In this document: positions 39,243 to 50,483 of the stretch, one piece after another
Numbering within the stretch: the first letter of the stretch is position 1
Layout: every line of letters begins with the position of its first letter
Assembly (NCBI GenBank): GCA_965262855.1
Contig: OZ253563.1
Span: 278,228 to 342,227, forward strand
From: Arenicellales bacterium
GTDB taxonomy: Bacteria; Pseudomonadota; Gammaproteobacteria; Arenicellales; JAJDZL01
Length of the DNA stretch: 64,000 nucleotides
Direction: 5' to 3'
Made by a program: the position numbers and the translations under genes
The notes under the pieces: generated by a model
The model's input: the letters and a program-made list of their open reading frames with translations, nothing else
The model's database searches: none
Told to the model about the DNA's origin: nothing

Positions 39243-40334
39243 ATGACAACTGTAACGAAATCCTATATTGAATCCTTCCTGTCGCAGATTCAGGATCCGC
39301 ATACGAATTCATCCTTGACGGAAGATCGAAAAATCAAGGATATATCCATTGACAACAGTACTGTTCGGGTCAATGTGGAACTGGGGTATCCAGCGAAGAG
39401 CTGGTTGCCGGAGTTGAAGGCCGACATCGAAGGCAGACTGGCGGCAGTGGACGGCGTTTCAGAAGTTCTGGTTAACATGAATACCAAAGTTTCTTCGCAT
39501 TCTGTGCAGAAAGGTGTCACACCGTTACCCGGTGTCAAAAATATGATTGCCGTCGCATCCGGTAAAGGCGGAGTCGGCAAATCTACTGTATCTGCAAATC
39601 TAGCTCTTGCATTATCGGCTGAAGGTGCGCAGGTGGGCATTTTGGATGCAGACATTTACGGCCCAAGTCAGCCTCGAATGTTAGGGGTTCGCGGAAAACC
39701 TCAGTCCAAGGACGGGAAGTCAATGCAGCCGGTGTATAGCTATCATCTGCAAACCATGTCAATCGGGTTTCTGATCGAAGAGGAAACTCCCATGATCTGG
39801 AGAGGCCCCATGGTCACTCAGGCTCTGGATCAGCTTCTGAACCAAACTACTTGGAACGAACTCGACTATCTGGTGATCGATCTTCCGCCCGGCACAGGAG
39901 ACATTCAGCTCACACTGGCTCAAAAAGTGCCTGTCAGCGGTGCAGTGATCGTTACCACACCGCAGGATATTGCACTGCTGGACGCCCGCAAGGCATATCG
40001 CATGTTTGAGAAAGTGGAAATCGAAGTGCTCGGTGTGGTGGAAAATATGAGCATGCACATCTGTGGCCAGTGTGGACATCAGGAGCACATATTCGGCGAG
40101 GGTGGTGGTCAGCGTATGGCCCAGGAGTATGGTGTCAGTTATTTAGGCGGGATTCCGCTCGATACAAGAATACGCAGCGATGTGGACAACGGCCGTCCGA
40201 CTGTCGTCAATGACCCGGATGGCGACATTGCTCAAATCTATCGAAAAATTGCTCGCACTACCGCAGCCCGACTTTCAAAGCGTAAAAAGGATTTCACGAG
40301 TGATTTTCCGTCAATCGTAATTCAAAATTCTTGA
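39243..40334 (+). CDS. apbC: Fe-S cluster carrier ATPase ApbC/Mrp
   Basis: VASGKGGVGKST deviant Walker A and the CGQCGH cluster-ligand motif. Divergent from metG, as in many Gammaproteobacteria. Confidence 0.9.
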   Translation: MTTVTKSYIESFLSQIQDPHTNSSLTEDRKIKDISIDNSTVRVNVELGYPAKSWLPELKADIEGRLAAVDGVSEVLVNMNTKVSSHSVQKGVTPLPGVKNMIAVASGKGGVGKSTVSANLALALSAEGAQVGILDADIYGPSQPRMLGVRGKPQSKDGKSMQPVYSYHLQTMSIGFLIEEETPMIWRGPMVTQALDQLLNQTTWNELDYLVIDLPPGTGDIQLTLAQKVPVSGAVIVTTPQDIALLDARKAYRMFEKVEIEVLGVVENMSMHICGQCGHQEHIFGEGGGQRMAQEYGVSYLGGIPLDTRIRSDVDNGRPTVVNDPDGDIAQIYRKIARTTAARLSKRKKDFTSDFPSIVIQNS

Positions 40335-40349
40335 ACTTGGAGGTTCGCA

Positions 40350-40916
40350 TTGTCCATCAAGCCTGATCGATGGATTCGAGAAATGGCGACGCAACATGGA
40401 ATGATTGATCCATTTGTCGCCGAACAAGTCAGCCGCGTTAACGGTGAACGCGTCATATCCTATGGCACTTCAAGTTATGGATACGACATTCGCTGTTCGG
40501 CTGAATTCAAGATCTTCACCAATATCAATACGGCAATTGTCGATCCGAAAGACTTTGCGGAAAACAGTTTTGTTGACTATACCGGCGAAGTCTGCATCAT
40601 ACCGCCGAATTCATTCGCACTTGCAAGAACGGTGGAATACTTCAGGATTCCGCGTTCTGTTCTTACAGTGTGTTTGGGCAAATCGACCTATGCTCGATGC
40701 GGCATTATCGTAAACGTAACGCCGTTTGAGCCGGAGTGGGAGGGCTATGCGACGCTGGAGTTTTCGAATACAACGCCCTTGCCGGCAAAAATTTATGCCA
40801 ATGAAGGTGTAGCTCAAGTTGTTTTCTTCGAGTCTTCTGAGCACTGCGAGACTTCATACAAAGATCGGAACGGCAAATACCAAGGTCAGGTCGGAGTCAC
40901 TTTGCCGGTAACCTAG
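40350..40916 (+). CDS. dcd: dCTP deaminase
   Basis: 188 aa; [11 protein letters not shown]..., [39 protein letters not shown] are canonical Dcd. TTG start. Confidence 0.93.
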   Translation: MSIKPDRWIREMATQHGMIDPFVAEQVSRVNGERVISYGTSSYGYDIRCSAEFKIFTNINTAIVDPKDFAENSFVDYTGEVCIIPPNSFALARTVEYFRIPRSVLTVCLGKSTYARCGIIVNVTPFEPEWEGYATLEFSNTTPLPAKIYANEGVAQVVFFESSEHCETSYKDRNGKYQGQVGVTLPVT

Positions 40917-41254
40917 TGCCTTCTTCGCAAATGCAACCATTAAAGAGTGTAAGCGAATTAACGTACGCAATTGATCAGGCAGTTTTTGAGTTTGAAGAGC
41001 TATCCATCTGCGTGCAAGAAGATCTCGATGACGAACTGTACGATTACGCAGAAGAGTTTCGCAATATGGCCAAATCGTTACAGTCACTGATAAATCGACT
41101 CGAAGGAGAATCTGAATTTTTAGACGATCGAGGCTTGGATTTCATGCAAAGAGCTAGACAGTTGCGCCCCATAATTCCGTTTTTTTCATTGATAGAATTG
41201 GTTGATGCTGCCTGTCGCAATGGAGTAAAGGAGAGCTGCGTCGATGTCGGGTAA
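40916..41254 (+). CDS. Hypothetical acidic protein
   Basis: ORF only. It sits tightly between dcd and aroC, overlapping the aroC start. No family recognised. Confidence 0.35.
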   Translation: MPSSQMQPLKSVSELTYAIDQAVFEFEELSICVQEDLDDELYDYAEEFRNMAKSLQSLINRLEGESEFLDDRGLDFMQRARQLRPIIPFFSLIELVDAACRNGVKESCVDVG

Positions 41255-42407
41255 TACTTTCGGAAAAATTTTCACTCTCACTACATTCGGCGAGAGTCAC
41301 GGGGCAGCGATTGGTTGTGTCGTCGATGGTTGTCCTCCTGGCATGAATCTGTCTGAAGCGGACATTCAGCCAGACCTGGATCGAAGAAAACCGGGAAGCT
41401 CCCGCTTCACCACCCAACGCCGAGAGTCTGATCAGATTGAGTTGCTGTCAGGCGTATTCGAAGGCAAGACCACCGGTGCGCCCATCGGCATGCTCATTCG
41501 CAATACTGAGCAACGATCTCGCGATTATTCGAAGATCGCTGATCGATTTCGACCAGGCCATGCGGACTACACATATGCGCGAAAGTACGGAATCCGGGAC
41601 TACCGCGGAGGTGGCCGGTCCTCAGCAAGAGAAACGGCGATGCGCGTCGCTGCCGGAGCAATTGCCAAGAAGTATTTGAGCGAGCGATTCGGAACGACGA
41701 TCCGTGGCTATGTTTCTCAGATCGGTGCCATTCATCCGAGGATGTGCCGATGGGAAGATGTGGAGCGCAACCCGTTTTTCTGGCCGTGTATGGATCAGGT
41801 CGAAGATCTGGAACAGTATATCGATGAAGTCAGAAGAGCCGGCGATTCTGTGGGCGCTTGCGTTTCAGTTGAAGCAAATGGTGTCCCAAGCGGGTGGGGA
41901 GAACCGCTGTATTCACGCCTTGATGCGGAAATTGCCAGTGCGATGATGGGCATCAATGCCGTCAAAGGAGTGGAAATCGGAGCTGGATTTGCCAGTGTTG
42001 CAATGAAGGGTTCTGAATATCGAGATGAGATGACTTCTGATGGATTTCAGTCGAACAACTCCGGTGGGGTAGCTGGCGGAATTTCGACTGGTCAGCCAGT
42101 CATGGCAAAAGTTGCATTCAAACCGACCTCCAGCATCGTTGTACCCGGTACAACGGTAAATCGCGATAATGAAGAGGTGGAGATTTCTGTCACTGGTCGA
42201 CATGACCCGTGTGTGGGGCTTCGAGCCACTCCGATCGTTGAAGCGATGTTGGCACTGGTACTAGTCGATATGGCGCTTCTTCACCGTGCACAAAACGCCG
42301 ATGTTGTACCAGATGCACCGGAAATTCCAGGTGTCGCTGGCAGTGATGCGAAAAAGTCAGCCCATTTAAGCTACAGTGCGACTTTTGAAGCATCTGGTGA
42401 AGATTGA
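41244..42407 (+). CDS. aroC: Chorismate synthase
   Basis: GESHG, RRPGQS-like [17 protein letters not shown] and [11 protein letters not shown] motifs. Confidence 0.95.
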   Translation: MSGNTFGKIFTLTTFGESHGAAIGCVVDGCPPGMNLSEADIQPDLDRRKPGSSRFTTQRRESDQIELLSGVFEGKTTGAPIGMLIRNTEQRSRDYSKIADRFRPGHADYTYARKYGIRDYRGGGRSSARETAMRVAAGAIAKKYLSERFGTTIRGYVSQIGAIHPRMCRWEDVERNPFFWPCMDQVEDLEQYIDEVRRAGDSVGACVSVEANGVPSGWGEPLYSRLDAEIASAMMGINAVKGVEIGAGFASVAMKGSEYRDEMTSDGFQSNNSGGVAGGISTGQPVMAKVAFKPTSSIVVPGTTVNRDNEEVEISVTGRHDPCVGLRATPIVEAMLALVLVDMALLHRAQNADVVPDAPEIPGVAGSDAKKSAHLSYSATFEASGED

Positions 42408-42530
42408 AGGAATTATTGCACCGTTCGAAACTAAATCAGAGTTCGCCTAAAGTCAATTTATCTGAAGTCAGAATTCATGCACAGGCTGACTTGGTAACTA
42501 AATGGAATCTGCAGATGAAACGGATGCGAA

Positions 42531-43019
42531 TCACCCGAAATTAGTTGTCGTAACGTTCTCGGTATTTGATTCAGTGCTGGGTTGTGTGGGGCTTTTTATT
42601 GACGGATAGGAGTTTCGCGCGCGAAAGAATTCAACTGACAAGGTGCCAATCTGGTGTAGCAGATTAACTTGATCAATATCGGAATTTCGCGAATTCATCA
42701 GTTCTTCCTGAATTCTTCCAAGTGCATCGAATGTTTTTACAAAATCAATCGATGCATTGAGATGGTAACAATGGTTCGCTCGATAAATTGTGCGAAATAT
42801 TTTTTTTACAAGTTCGTAATGAATGGCGTCTGATGTGATCAGTGCGGCGGGGTGCATTGCATCTTCAACAACCGGAATCTGATGACGACCGATGCCGTTG
42901 GACAAAGTTATCGCGAGTTGACGGAAAGTGGCGGGTAGTTCCCCATTTTTTGCAGATTTGCTCGTTGCCATTTCATCACGAATGAATTTTAACTGTGAAA
43001 CACATGTAAAATTGGACAA
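42531..43019 (-). CDS. Hypothetical protein
   Basis: 162-aa ORF between aroC and leuB. No family recognised. Confidence 0.35.
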   Translation of the reverse strand: MSNFTCVSQLKFIRDEMATSKSAKNGELPATFRQLAITLSNGIGRHQIPVVEDAMHPAALITSDAIHYELVKKIFRTIYRANHCYHLNASIDFVKTFDALGRIQEELMNSRNSDIDQVNLLHQIGTLSVEFFRARNSYPSIKSPTQPSTESNTENVTTTNFG

Positions 43020-43087
43020 TCCAATTTACTGCTTACAGCACCATAATATAACGCATTTTTAATTCACACTAATTTGGAAAGTATTGA

Positions 43088-44176
43088 ATGACAACAAAGC
43101 TATTAATAATCCCGGGAGATGGTATTGGTCCTGAAATTGTGACGCAAGCAACTCGCATTCTAGAGTTGTTGCGAGAGTCGGCTGGACTGAACGTAACATG
43201 GGAGTATAGCGACCTGGGTGGTGCTGCCTATGACAAAACAGGCAATCCATTGCCGGATAGTACGTTATCTCTGGCAAAAGAGAGCGACGCCATGTTGTTT
43301 GGTGCTGCCGGAGGTAGCAAATGGGATACGCTTCCGCGTGAGCTTAGACCAGAGACCGCTTTGTTGAGATTTCGCCGTGAAATGGGTCTGTTTGCGAATC
43401 TCCGGCCTGCGATCATGTTTCCATCATTGGCATCGTCTTCTTCACTGAAAGATGAAATTGTGACAGGACTTGACATCATGATCATTCGCGAACTGACAGG
43501 CGGAATTTACTTTGGTCAGCCACGTGGTATTGAAACCATGAGTTCAGGCAAGCGACGGGGTATCAATACACTGGTGTACGAGGAGGACGAAATTACTAGA
43601 ATTGCACACGTAGCTTTCCAGATCGCCCGCCAACGCAAGAGTCAGGTCTGTTCGATTGACAAGGCGAATGTGCTTGAAACAACAGAATTTTGGAGACAAG
43701 TCGTAACAGAGGTCGGAGAATCTTATCCTGATGTTGAATTGAGTCATATGCTGGTCGACAATGCTGCCATGCAGCTGGTACGGTATCCAAAGCAGTTCGA
43801 CGTAATCGTGACAACCAACATGTTCGGAGACATTCTGTCGGATATTTCCGCCATGTTAACCGGTTCGATTGGAATGCTGCCATCGGCATCGCTAGACAAA
43901 GATCGCAAAGGACTATATGAACCAGTGCATGGAACAGCACCAGACATTGCCGGACAGGACAAAGCAAATCCCCTGGCGACCATTTTATCGTTGGCGATGC
44001 TACTTCGCTACACTCTGGAATTGGATGAGTTAGCAGACCAAGTGGAACGGGCAGTGGAGAATGTCATTGATAAAGGAATGCGCACACCCGATATATACTT
44101 TACAGGTGCTGTTGCTGTTGGAACCGAACAAATGGGAACCGAAGTTCTCAATGAACTTCAGCAATTGTTGAACTGA
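43088..44176 (+). CDS. leuB: 3-isopropylmalate dehydrogenase
   Basis: [20 protein letters not shown] and NMFGDILSD motifs. Confidence 0.95.
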   Translation: MTTKLLIIPGDGIGPEIVTQATRILELLRESAGLNVTWEYSDLGGAAYDKTGNPLPDSTLSLAKESDAMLFGAAGGSKWDTLPRELRPETALLRFRREMGLFANLRPAIMFPSLASSSSLKDEIVTGLDIMIIRELTGGIYFGQPRGIETMSSGKRRGINTLVYEEDEITRIAHVAFQIARQRKSQVCSIDKANVLETTEFWRQVVTEVGESYPDVELSHMLVDNAAMQLVRYPKQFDVIVTTNMFGDILSDISAMLTGSIGMLPSASLDKDRKGLYEPVHGTAPDIAGQDKANPLATILSLAMLLRYTLELDELADQVERAVENVIDKGMRTPDIYFTGAVAVGTEQMGTEVLNELQQLLN

Positions 44177-44207
44177 CGAAATTGAATTAATCAGCAGGAA
44201 ATGGATT

Positions 44208-45224
44208 ATGAACGGTAGGTATGACGTCGCTGTAGTCGGCGCGTCTGGAATGATTGGCGAAGCCATGATGTCGATTCTGGAGGAACGGAAATTCCCCATC
44301 CGCAACATTTATCCTTTGGGAAGCGAACGTTCAGCGGGTTCCACGTTGCAATTCAATGGTGAGTCCGTGGAAATTGGACTTCTGTCGGAATTTGATTTTT
44401 CGCGTGTTCAATATGGATTGTTTTCGGCAGGTGCGAGTGTCTCAGATGTTTATGCACTCAAGGCAGCCGAGCAAGGATGCACAGTTATCGACAATACCTC
44501 GCGATTTCGTTATGATCCTGATATTCCATTGATTATTCCTGAGGTCAACGGTGAAGCGCTACAAGACCACAATCGATTGATTGCGAATCCCAATTGTTCG
44601 ACCATCCAGATGATCGTAGCACTCAAGCCGATTTATGATGCTGTGGGCATTGACAGAATCAATGTGTGTACCTACCAGTCTGTATCCGGTGCTGGAAGAG
44701 CTGCCGTAAAAGAACTCGCTGCGCAATCAGCAGCTCTACTGAGCGGCCGCGATGTTGAAGTATCAGTAAGTCCTAGACAGATTGCATTTAATGCCATTCC
44801 TCATATTGATGAATTCCAGGAAAATGGTTACACCAAAGAGGAAATGAAAATAGTCTGGGAGACCCATAAAATATTGAACGATGACTCGATCCGAGTGAAT
44901 CCGACAACCGTTAGAATTCCGGTGTTTTTCGGTCACTCAGAAGCGGTGCATATTGAAACAAAAGAAAAGTTGAGTGCTTCACAGGCGCGTGAACTGCTAA
45001 AGGCCACAAAAGGAGTTACCGTAATCGATAACCCGGAGCAACTGCAATATCCGACTGCTGTTACAGATGCTGCAAATAAGGATGACGTTTTTGTCGGACG
45101 TATTCGAGAAGATATCTCTCATGATCGTGGGCTGAACATGTGGATTGTTTCGGACAATGTGAGGAAGGGGGGTGCATTGAATAGCATCCAAATTGCCGAA
45201 TATCTGATATTTGGAGAAAGTTGA
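44208..45224 (+). CDS. asd: Aspartate-semialdehyde dehydrogenase
   Basis: GASGMIGE NAD-binding motif and active-site NPNCSTI. The leuB-asd pairing is common. Confidence 0.93.
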   Translation: MNGRYDVAVVGASGMIGEAMMSILEERKFPIRNIYPLGSERSAGSTLQFNGESVEIGLLSEFDFSRVQYGLFSAGASVSDVYALKAAEQGCTVIDNTSRFRYDPDIPLIIPEVNGEALQDHNRLIANPNCSTIQMIVALKPIYDAVGIDRINVCTYQSVSGAGRAAVKELAAQSAALLSGRDVEVSVSPRQIAFNAIPHIDEFQENGYTKEEMKIVWETHKILNDDSIRVNPTTVRIPVFFGHSEAVHIETKEKLSASQARELLKATKGVTVIDNPEQLQYPTAVTDAANKDDVFVGRIREDISHDRGLNMWIVSDNVRKGGALNSIQIAEYLIFGES

Positions 45225-46300
45225 AGAATAAAATCAATCCGTCGCTAACCCGAATATTCTGGGTATTGTCGGTAATCCTTCTAGTCAATTTCCAGCCTGA
45301 ATTGGCTGCCTCAGAAGACGACAATGGCGTTTCGGTTGCTGTGCCTGAGTTAAATCAGTCTTCTTCTTCCAGTGCGGAGGAAAATTCCTGGGCTGAATTA
45401 TTGACGACAGCAAGGACGACAGTTACCCAAATTTCGAATTTTGCAACAAGTGGTCTCAATGAAACCGAGACGGCAGCAGTCAACTTTTTCGGTGTGATTT
45501 GCAACGAAATTTCTCAAATTCAGGGTGACAGCATTGCAGAGCAATGGGCGTGGGTAGTGCAACGCTACCAGAGTGATCAGGTTGGACGATCTTTATGGAT
45601 ACTCCTTCTAGTATTGTTCACGTCCGGCTCTATTTTTGTTGTTTCAGTTGGCTATGGCTTGTGTATTCGATTGACCAGATCGAGAAAAAAACACAAGACT
45701 AAATCTATACAGGGTACCAAACCTGCAGCGAACACTAAAGCGTATCATGAGGCTGTCGCAAAGAATGCCGTGAAAGCGGGGCAGCCGAGCGTTCCTCGAA
45801 CAATGATTGGCAAACTGAAGGCTGGCATGCTGGAAGAAGTGGAACAGGCGCTGATGGCAGAACGGAAGCGACGTCCGGAACACACTGGATTGACATTGTA
45901 TCTGCTTGCCTGTAGAGCCGCCAGTAGTGAACCTGAAGCCTATCAGTCTCTGGTTTCAGAAATTTTTTCTGACGGACTGGACAAAGAATCAGAAATTGGT
46001 CGTCATGCCGCACAGATTGGCCGCATTATGTTTCCCGAGAAATACCCAGTAGATAAATTTCCGGAGCCTAAAAAACCCTTTGAAGTGGAGGCAAACCTGA
46101 TTGGGGATACTTTGGGTCCGATATCGGAATTTGGAAATGTCCAAACCCTTCTGGATTTAGTCCGAGTCTATGTCGAAATGAAAGAATGGGCAGAAACCAA
46201 GCATCTGATTGTTGAAATTCTGGTGCGAGGTGATGCCAGTCAACGAGAACGAGCTCTCGAGTACTCACGAATCATTCGCAAGGACAGCTCCAATAAATAG
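45221..46300 (+). CDS. Short FimV-like membrane protein
   Basis: Position after asd. Signal/TM segments. The C-terminal LLDLVRVYVEMKEWAETKHLIVEILVRGDASQRERALE resembles the FimV C-terminal motif. Confidence 0.55.
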   Translation: MKNKINPSLTRIFWVLSVILLVNFQPELAASEDDNGVSVAVPELNQSSSSSAEENSWAELLTTARTTVTQISNFATSGLNETETAAVNFFGVICNEISQIQGDSIAEQWAWVVQRYQSDQVGRSLWILLLVLFTSGSIFVVSVGYGLCIRLTRSRKKHKTKSIQGTKPAANTKAYHEAVAKNAVKAGQPSVPRTMIGKLKAGMLEEVEQALMAERKRRPEHTGLTLYLLACRAASSEPEAYQSLVSEIFSDGLDKESEIGRHAAQIGRIMFPEKYPVDKFPEPKKPFEVEANLIGDTLGPISEFGNVQTLLDLVRVYVEMKEWAETKHLIVEILVRGDASQRERALEYSRIIRKDSSNK

Positions 46301-46341
46301 TTGGATTGTATTGTAATCAACAGGCTGCAGTTGGGAGAAAA

Positions 46342-46379
46342 CTGCTAACTAATTTTGATTTTTTAGCAGTATTTTTTTT
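46342..46379 (+). terminator. Candidate terminator after the fimV-like gene
   Basis: Stem CTGCTAA / TTAGCAG, 14-nt loop, then TATTTTTTT. Confidence 0.35.
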
Positions 46380-46462
46380 AGGGGTTTATATACCTAACTA
46401 AACCAACGAAATGAATTGTCATTAAAGCATTAGTCTAACCAATTGCAATTGAGTAAATCCAA

Positions 46463-47368
46463 ATGAACCCGCAAAAAAGATCGCCTGGTAAGTCGCACCG
46501 AAATGGTATTTCACTGATTGAGTTGATGGAAATGTTTCCGGACGAATATTCGGCACGCAAGTGGTTTGAGTCGATCATCTGGGAGGACGGCGGTGCGGTG
46601 TGCCACCGTTGCGGCGGCACCAACACCTATGAGGTTGCTGGCGGCAAGCCCCTGCCATACAGGTGCCGCGATTGTCGCAAGCATTTTTCGTTCCGGCACG
46701 GCACGTTGCTGGAGGATTCGCATGTGCCGCTGCGAAAGTGGGCGATTGCGATTTATCTGTTGGCCACAAGTCTGAAGGGGGTGTCGTCGATGAAACTGCA
46801 TCGGGACCTGAACATTACCCAGAAGACAGCCTGGCACATACTGCACAAGATCCGCTTTGCGATCAGCGGCAGCAGTGGTATTTCGATGTCGGGCACAGTG
46901 GAGGTGGACGAGACCTACGTCGGTGGTTTGGAGCGCAGCAAACACGAATCCGACAAACTGAAGGCCGGGTGCGGCAGCGTCGGCAAGACTGCGGTGGTTG
47001 GCATCAAGGAACGCGGATCTAAGCAGGTCAGCGCCCAGGTAATTGATGACACTCGGCGTACCACCTTGCATGGATTTATCGAGGACCACACTGAGGCGTG
47101 CACAAGTGTGATGACGGACGATTTTATCAGTTATCGGCAGCTGGACGGTTACAAGCACCAGTTTGTGCGTCATTCGGCCGGTGAGTATGTGGCAGATGAT
47201 GTCCATGTCAATGGCATTGAGTCGTTATGGTCGATGCTCAAGCGTGCGCACAAGGGAACCTATCACAAGATGAGTCGTAAACATCTGGACCGGTATGCCA
47301 GTGAATTTGTCGGTCGGCGGCTGGTGAACAAGGATCTGGTGTCTGGCGTTGATGGACGGTTACATTGA
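46463..47368 (+). CDS. IS1595-family (ISXO2-like) transposase, copy A
   Basis: N-terminal zinc ribbon (CHRCGG...CRDCRKHF) and a DDE core (VEVDETYVGG, VMTDDFISY). Relative to copy B it lacks the segment HNIRELDTAAQMASIVAAL after EFVGR. Element ends not resolved. Confidence 0.8.
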   Translation: MNPQKRSPGKSHRNGISLIELMEMFPDEYSARKWFESIIWEDGGAVCHRCGGTNTYEVAGGKPLPYRCRDCRKHFSFRHGTLLEDSHVPLRKWAIAIYLLATSLKGVSSMKLHRDLNITQKTAWHILHKIRFAISGSSGISMSGTVEVDETYVGGLERSKHESDKLKAGCGSVGKTAVVGIKERGSKQVSAQVIDDTRRTTLHGFIEDHTEACTSVMTDDFISYRQLDGYKHQFVRHSAGEYVADDVHVNGIESLWSMLKRAHKGTYHKMSRKHLDRYASEFVGRRLVNKDLVSGVDGRLH

Positions 47369-47593
47369 CCGGGAAGACGAGTTGAAGAAACAAGTTCCAT
47401 TGGAAACACCGCGGCGAAAAGGGAGCGACGATGTGCATACAAGAGCACAACGAAATCGCCATGGCACCAGTACCCTTTTTTCTCGCGGACAACCTATGGG
47501 ATCTGATATGTATTAGTCTGTTTTATGCTGAAATTTTCCGAAACAACAACAATTACAATAACGGGAGAAACAGTTCATGTCGGGCCAGAACAA

Positions 47594-47777
47594 TGGTATT
47601 CACTCGAAGAAATGGCTGAACATCTTGGCATTAGCCAAGATGTGATTCATCGATGGACCAGGGTGAAAAAACATGTCCGCGCATAAGATGGGACGACTCT
47701 GGAAGTTCGACTTGAACGAAATTAACGAATGGGTGAAGTCAGCCAAGGCGGACAAATCGGAAAAACAAGGCAAGTAG
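47594..47777 (+). pseudogene. Excisionase/AlpA-type helix-turn-helix gene with a frameshift
   Basis: WYSLEEMAEHLGISQDVIHRW in one frame stops at 47684-47686. The continuation NMSAHKMGRLWKFDLNEINEWVKS is in another frame. The shift coincides with an A6 run at 47666-47671. No canonical start codon lies upstream in frame. Confidence 0.5.
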
Positions 47778-47783
47778 ACGGCT

Positions 47784-50483
47784 ATGGAACTGAAACTTGA
47801 GGAACTCTCATATCAGCGTGAAGCTATCGATGCCGTCGTGCGCCTGTTTGAGGGACAGCCGCGCAACACGTTCGATATGGCTTGCCGCGAAGGTGTGCGA
47901 AGCAATGTCCTCACCATTCCCGCCGGGCATATTCGCGAGAACGTCCTCGCGGTCATCGAAGGCAGCGGCATTGACGAAGAAACGGCTTCTCTCGACGAAC
48001 CCCTGGACTTCTGCATCGAGATGGAGACAGGCACCGGCAAAACTCTTGTCTACCTTAAGACGGTCTACGAACTCTATCGCCAATATGCCTTCACGAAGTT
48101 CATCATCCTCGTTCCCTCCGTTGCCATCAAGGAAGGCGTCCTATCCACTTTCGACGTGTTCAAACCACAGCTTGCCGACGTGTACGGCTTCACGCCCGCA
48201 TGCTTCGAGTACGATAGCAAGCGCTTGAATCGCGTGACGGCCTTCGTCGAGGAACAGCATCCCCAAATCATGGTGACGACGCTCCAGTCTTTCAATACGG
48301 AAGATCGCATTCTCAACCAGACCCAGCGGGAAGACCTCTTCTTCAATATGTCCTTCATCGCCACCATTGCGCGCGTGCGCCCGATCATCATCATGGACGA
48401 GCCGCAGGAGGGCATGGACACAGCGAACGCCGTCGCTCGCATCGATGCCCTCAATCCGCTGTGCAGGCTCCGCTATTCCGCGACACACAAGGTTATGCGG
48501 AATCTCGTATACAGATTGACACCGTTTGACAGCTACCAGCAGGGCCTTGTGAAGAAGATTGAAGTCCTGACCGTCGCAGAGCAAAATCAAGAAGCGACAT
48601 TGCGCGTCGAGCTGGTCGAAGTGAAGACATATCAGGATGGTCAGCCGCCGCGAGCGAAGCTGCGCCTCTGGTACGCAAAGCAAGACGGTTCTTTCGCCTT
48701 GCGCGAGTCTCCGTTTCTCAAGGTCAGCGACGATCTGGAAAAATTGACGGGCAACGTCGGCTATCGGGGCTATGTTATTCGCCGCATCTCGAAGCCACTT
48801 CGCGAGAACACCTACCGCTGCGAATTCGAGAACGGGATCGCCGTTGTTGAAAAAGAGAAAGCCGCAGACTTGGAAGGCATTTTCGGGGAGCAGCTCTATT
48901 GGCTGATCGACAGCCATTTCAGAAAGCGTGACCGACTTGCGCCGCAGGGGATCAAGTGCCTGTCTCTCATCTTCATTGATCGCGTGGACAACTATGTCCA
49001 GTCGGACGGCATCATTCGCCGCATCTTCAAAGAGAAATATCGACAGGTCTGTCGAGAGCAACTGAATTGCGAGCCTGCCGAGGAAGAAATAGTTGCCGTG
49101 CAGGGCTACTACTTCGCGCAGACTGGAAAGGGCGAGTACACCGACAACAAGCATTCCATGCGCACGAACAAGGAGCTTTTCGACCTCATCTTAAAACAGA
49201 AAGAAGAATTGCTGCGCATTGGGAACCCGGTTGAGTTCATCTTCTCGCATTCCGCCCTTGGTGTGGGATGGGATAATCCGAACGTGTTCAACATCGCGAC
49301 GCTCAATCAGAGCTACAGTGAGTACAAGAAGCGGCAAGAGATCGGTCGCGGACTACGCATCTCCGTTAACCAAGAGGGCCGGCGGGTCTATGACTCAGAC
49401 GACTGCCCGGAAGGCGAAGAGATCAACCTATTGACGATTGTTCCGAACGAGACTTATGCAACGTTCGTCAGTCAGTACCAAAGCGAAATCAAGGAGGTCT
49501 ACGGAACAGCTGCTTCCGGCGCGAAGACACGGCACAAGAAGAAGAGCACACACCCACGTAAGCGTCGCGTGAATAGGAACGATGCGATCTATAAAAACGA
49601 TTCCTTTCGTGAGTTCTGGCGGCGTCTGAGTCTGCGCACCGACTACACGGTTGTGATAGATGAAGATGCCGTAGTTACTCGTGCCGCCGAAGCGCTGAAC
49701 GCCCTGAAGATTGAACGCTACACCGCTGAAGTTGCCCTCAACCGTATTGAGCGGCTTGAAGCCGAAGGGGTGACGACACAGCACCTGGGCAGCGAACGCC
49801 GCCGCCTGCGTGCCACTTTCGGGGCTGTGGACCTGGTCGAGGAAATCAGCGAGAGAACCTCACTCGCCTATCCGACAGTGATCCGAGTCCTGCGCGACAT
49901 AACCAACCGTGCTGCCATCGTCGCGAACCCCACCCGCTTCATTCACGAAGCATCATCGCGAATCCGGGAAATTGAATTGGATGAACTGCTTCGCGGCTTG
50001 ACCTATGCGCCCAACGGCGAGGAGTTCGACATCTCGCGGCTTGAACCGAGTTTCGTGTCCTACGCGGACACCATCGAAACGCCAAACCGGGGCCTGTATG
50101 ACCATGTTGTGTTCGACAGCAATATTGAGCGAGACTTCGCAGAGTTTGCCGACAACGATGACGAAGTTGTGTGTTTTCTCAAGCTTCCGGCCTTTTACCA
50201 GATTCCAACCCCCATCGGCACCTACAATCCTGATTTCGGCGTTGTTCTCCGACGGAGGCACCTGCGGGACGGCGAAGAGGCCGAGTTCTACTTCGTTGTT
50301 GAAACAAAGGGCACGAACGAGCTTGCGGACAAGAAGGCGTTTCGTGAGAGCGAGGTCTACAAGATCAAGTGCGCCATGAAGCACTTCGATGCGTTGGGGG
50401 TCGATGCCCATGTCAACTATGACGCGCCCGTCAAGGAGTACTCCGTCTTCAAGACTCGTGCCAAGGGAGTTTCGCATGTCTGA
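47784..50483 (+). CDS. res: Type III restriction enzyme, Res subunit
   Basis: 899 aa. N-terminus LSYQREAIDAV, helicase motif I EMETGTGKT, DEPQ motif II, and a C-terminal PD-(D/E)xK-like YNPDFGVV...FVVETKG. Confidence 0.9.
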   Translation: MELKLEELSYQREAIDAVVRLFEGQPRNTFDMACREGVRSNVLTIPAGHIRENVLAVIEGSGIDEETASLDEPLDFCIEMETGTGKTLVYLKTVYELYRQYAFTKFIILVPSVAIKEGVLSTFDVFKPQLADVYGFTPACFEYDSKRLNRVTAFVEEQHPQIMVTTLQSFNTEDRILNQTQREDLFFNMSFIATIARVRPIIIMDEPQEGMDTANAVARIDALNPLCRLRYSATHKVMRNLVYRLTPFDSYQQGLVKKIEVLTVAEQNQEATLRVELVEVKTYQDGQPPRAKLRLWYAKQDGSFALRESPFLKVSDDLEKLTGNVGYRGYVIRRISKPLRENTYRCEFENGIAVVEKEKAADLEGIFGEQLYWLIDSHFRKRDRLAPQGIKCLSLIFIDRVDNYVQSDGIIRRIFKEKYRQVCREQLNCEPAEEEIVAVQGYYFAQTGKGEYTDNKHSMRTNKELFDLILKQKEELLRIGNPVEFIFSHSALGVGWDNPNVFNIATLNQSYSEYKKRQEIGRGLRISVNQEGRRVYDSDDCPEGEEINLLTIVPNETYATFVSQYQSEIKEVYGTAASGAKTRHKKKSTHPRKRRVNRNDAIYKNDSFREFWRRLSLRTDYTVVIDEDAVVTRAAEALNALKIERYTAEVALNRIERLEAEGVTTQHLGSERRRLRATFGAVDLVEEISERTSLAYPTVIRVLRDITNRAAIVANPTRFIHEASSRIREIELDELLRGLTYAPNGEEFDISRLEPSFVSYADTIETPNRGLYDHVVFDSNIERDFAEFADNDDEVVCFLKLPAFYQIPTPIGTYNPDFGVVLRRRHLRDGEEAEFYFVVETKGTNELADKKAFRESEVYKIKCAMKHFDALGVDAHVNYDAPVKEYSVFKTRAKGVSHV

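Noticed and set aside
46511-47206. 231-aa minus-strand ORF, and its counterpart at 57936-58415, within the IS1595 copies
   Set aside because: Both are antisense to the transposase frame, which carries clear zinc-ribbon and DDE motifs. They recur only because the DNA is repeated.
46429-47517. The 8-bp direct repeat ATTAGTCT (46429-46436 and 47510-47517) as a target duplication of IS1595 copy A
   Set aside because: I could not find matching terminal inverted repeats just inside these positions, so it may be a chance match in AT-rich DNA.
48141-49154. 337-aa ORF on the minus strand inside the res gene
   Set aside because: It lies entirely antisense to a well-supported Type III Res gene in a GC-richer region where long spurious ORFs are expected. 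No motifs recognised.
50389-50475. Upstream extension of the DUF1016 ORF, and the similar extension at 51636-51665 for mod
   Set aside because: These extensions lie inside the preceding genes. The internal ATGs at 50476 and 51666 give family-typical N-termini and classic stop/start overlaps.
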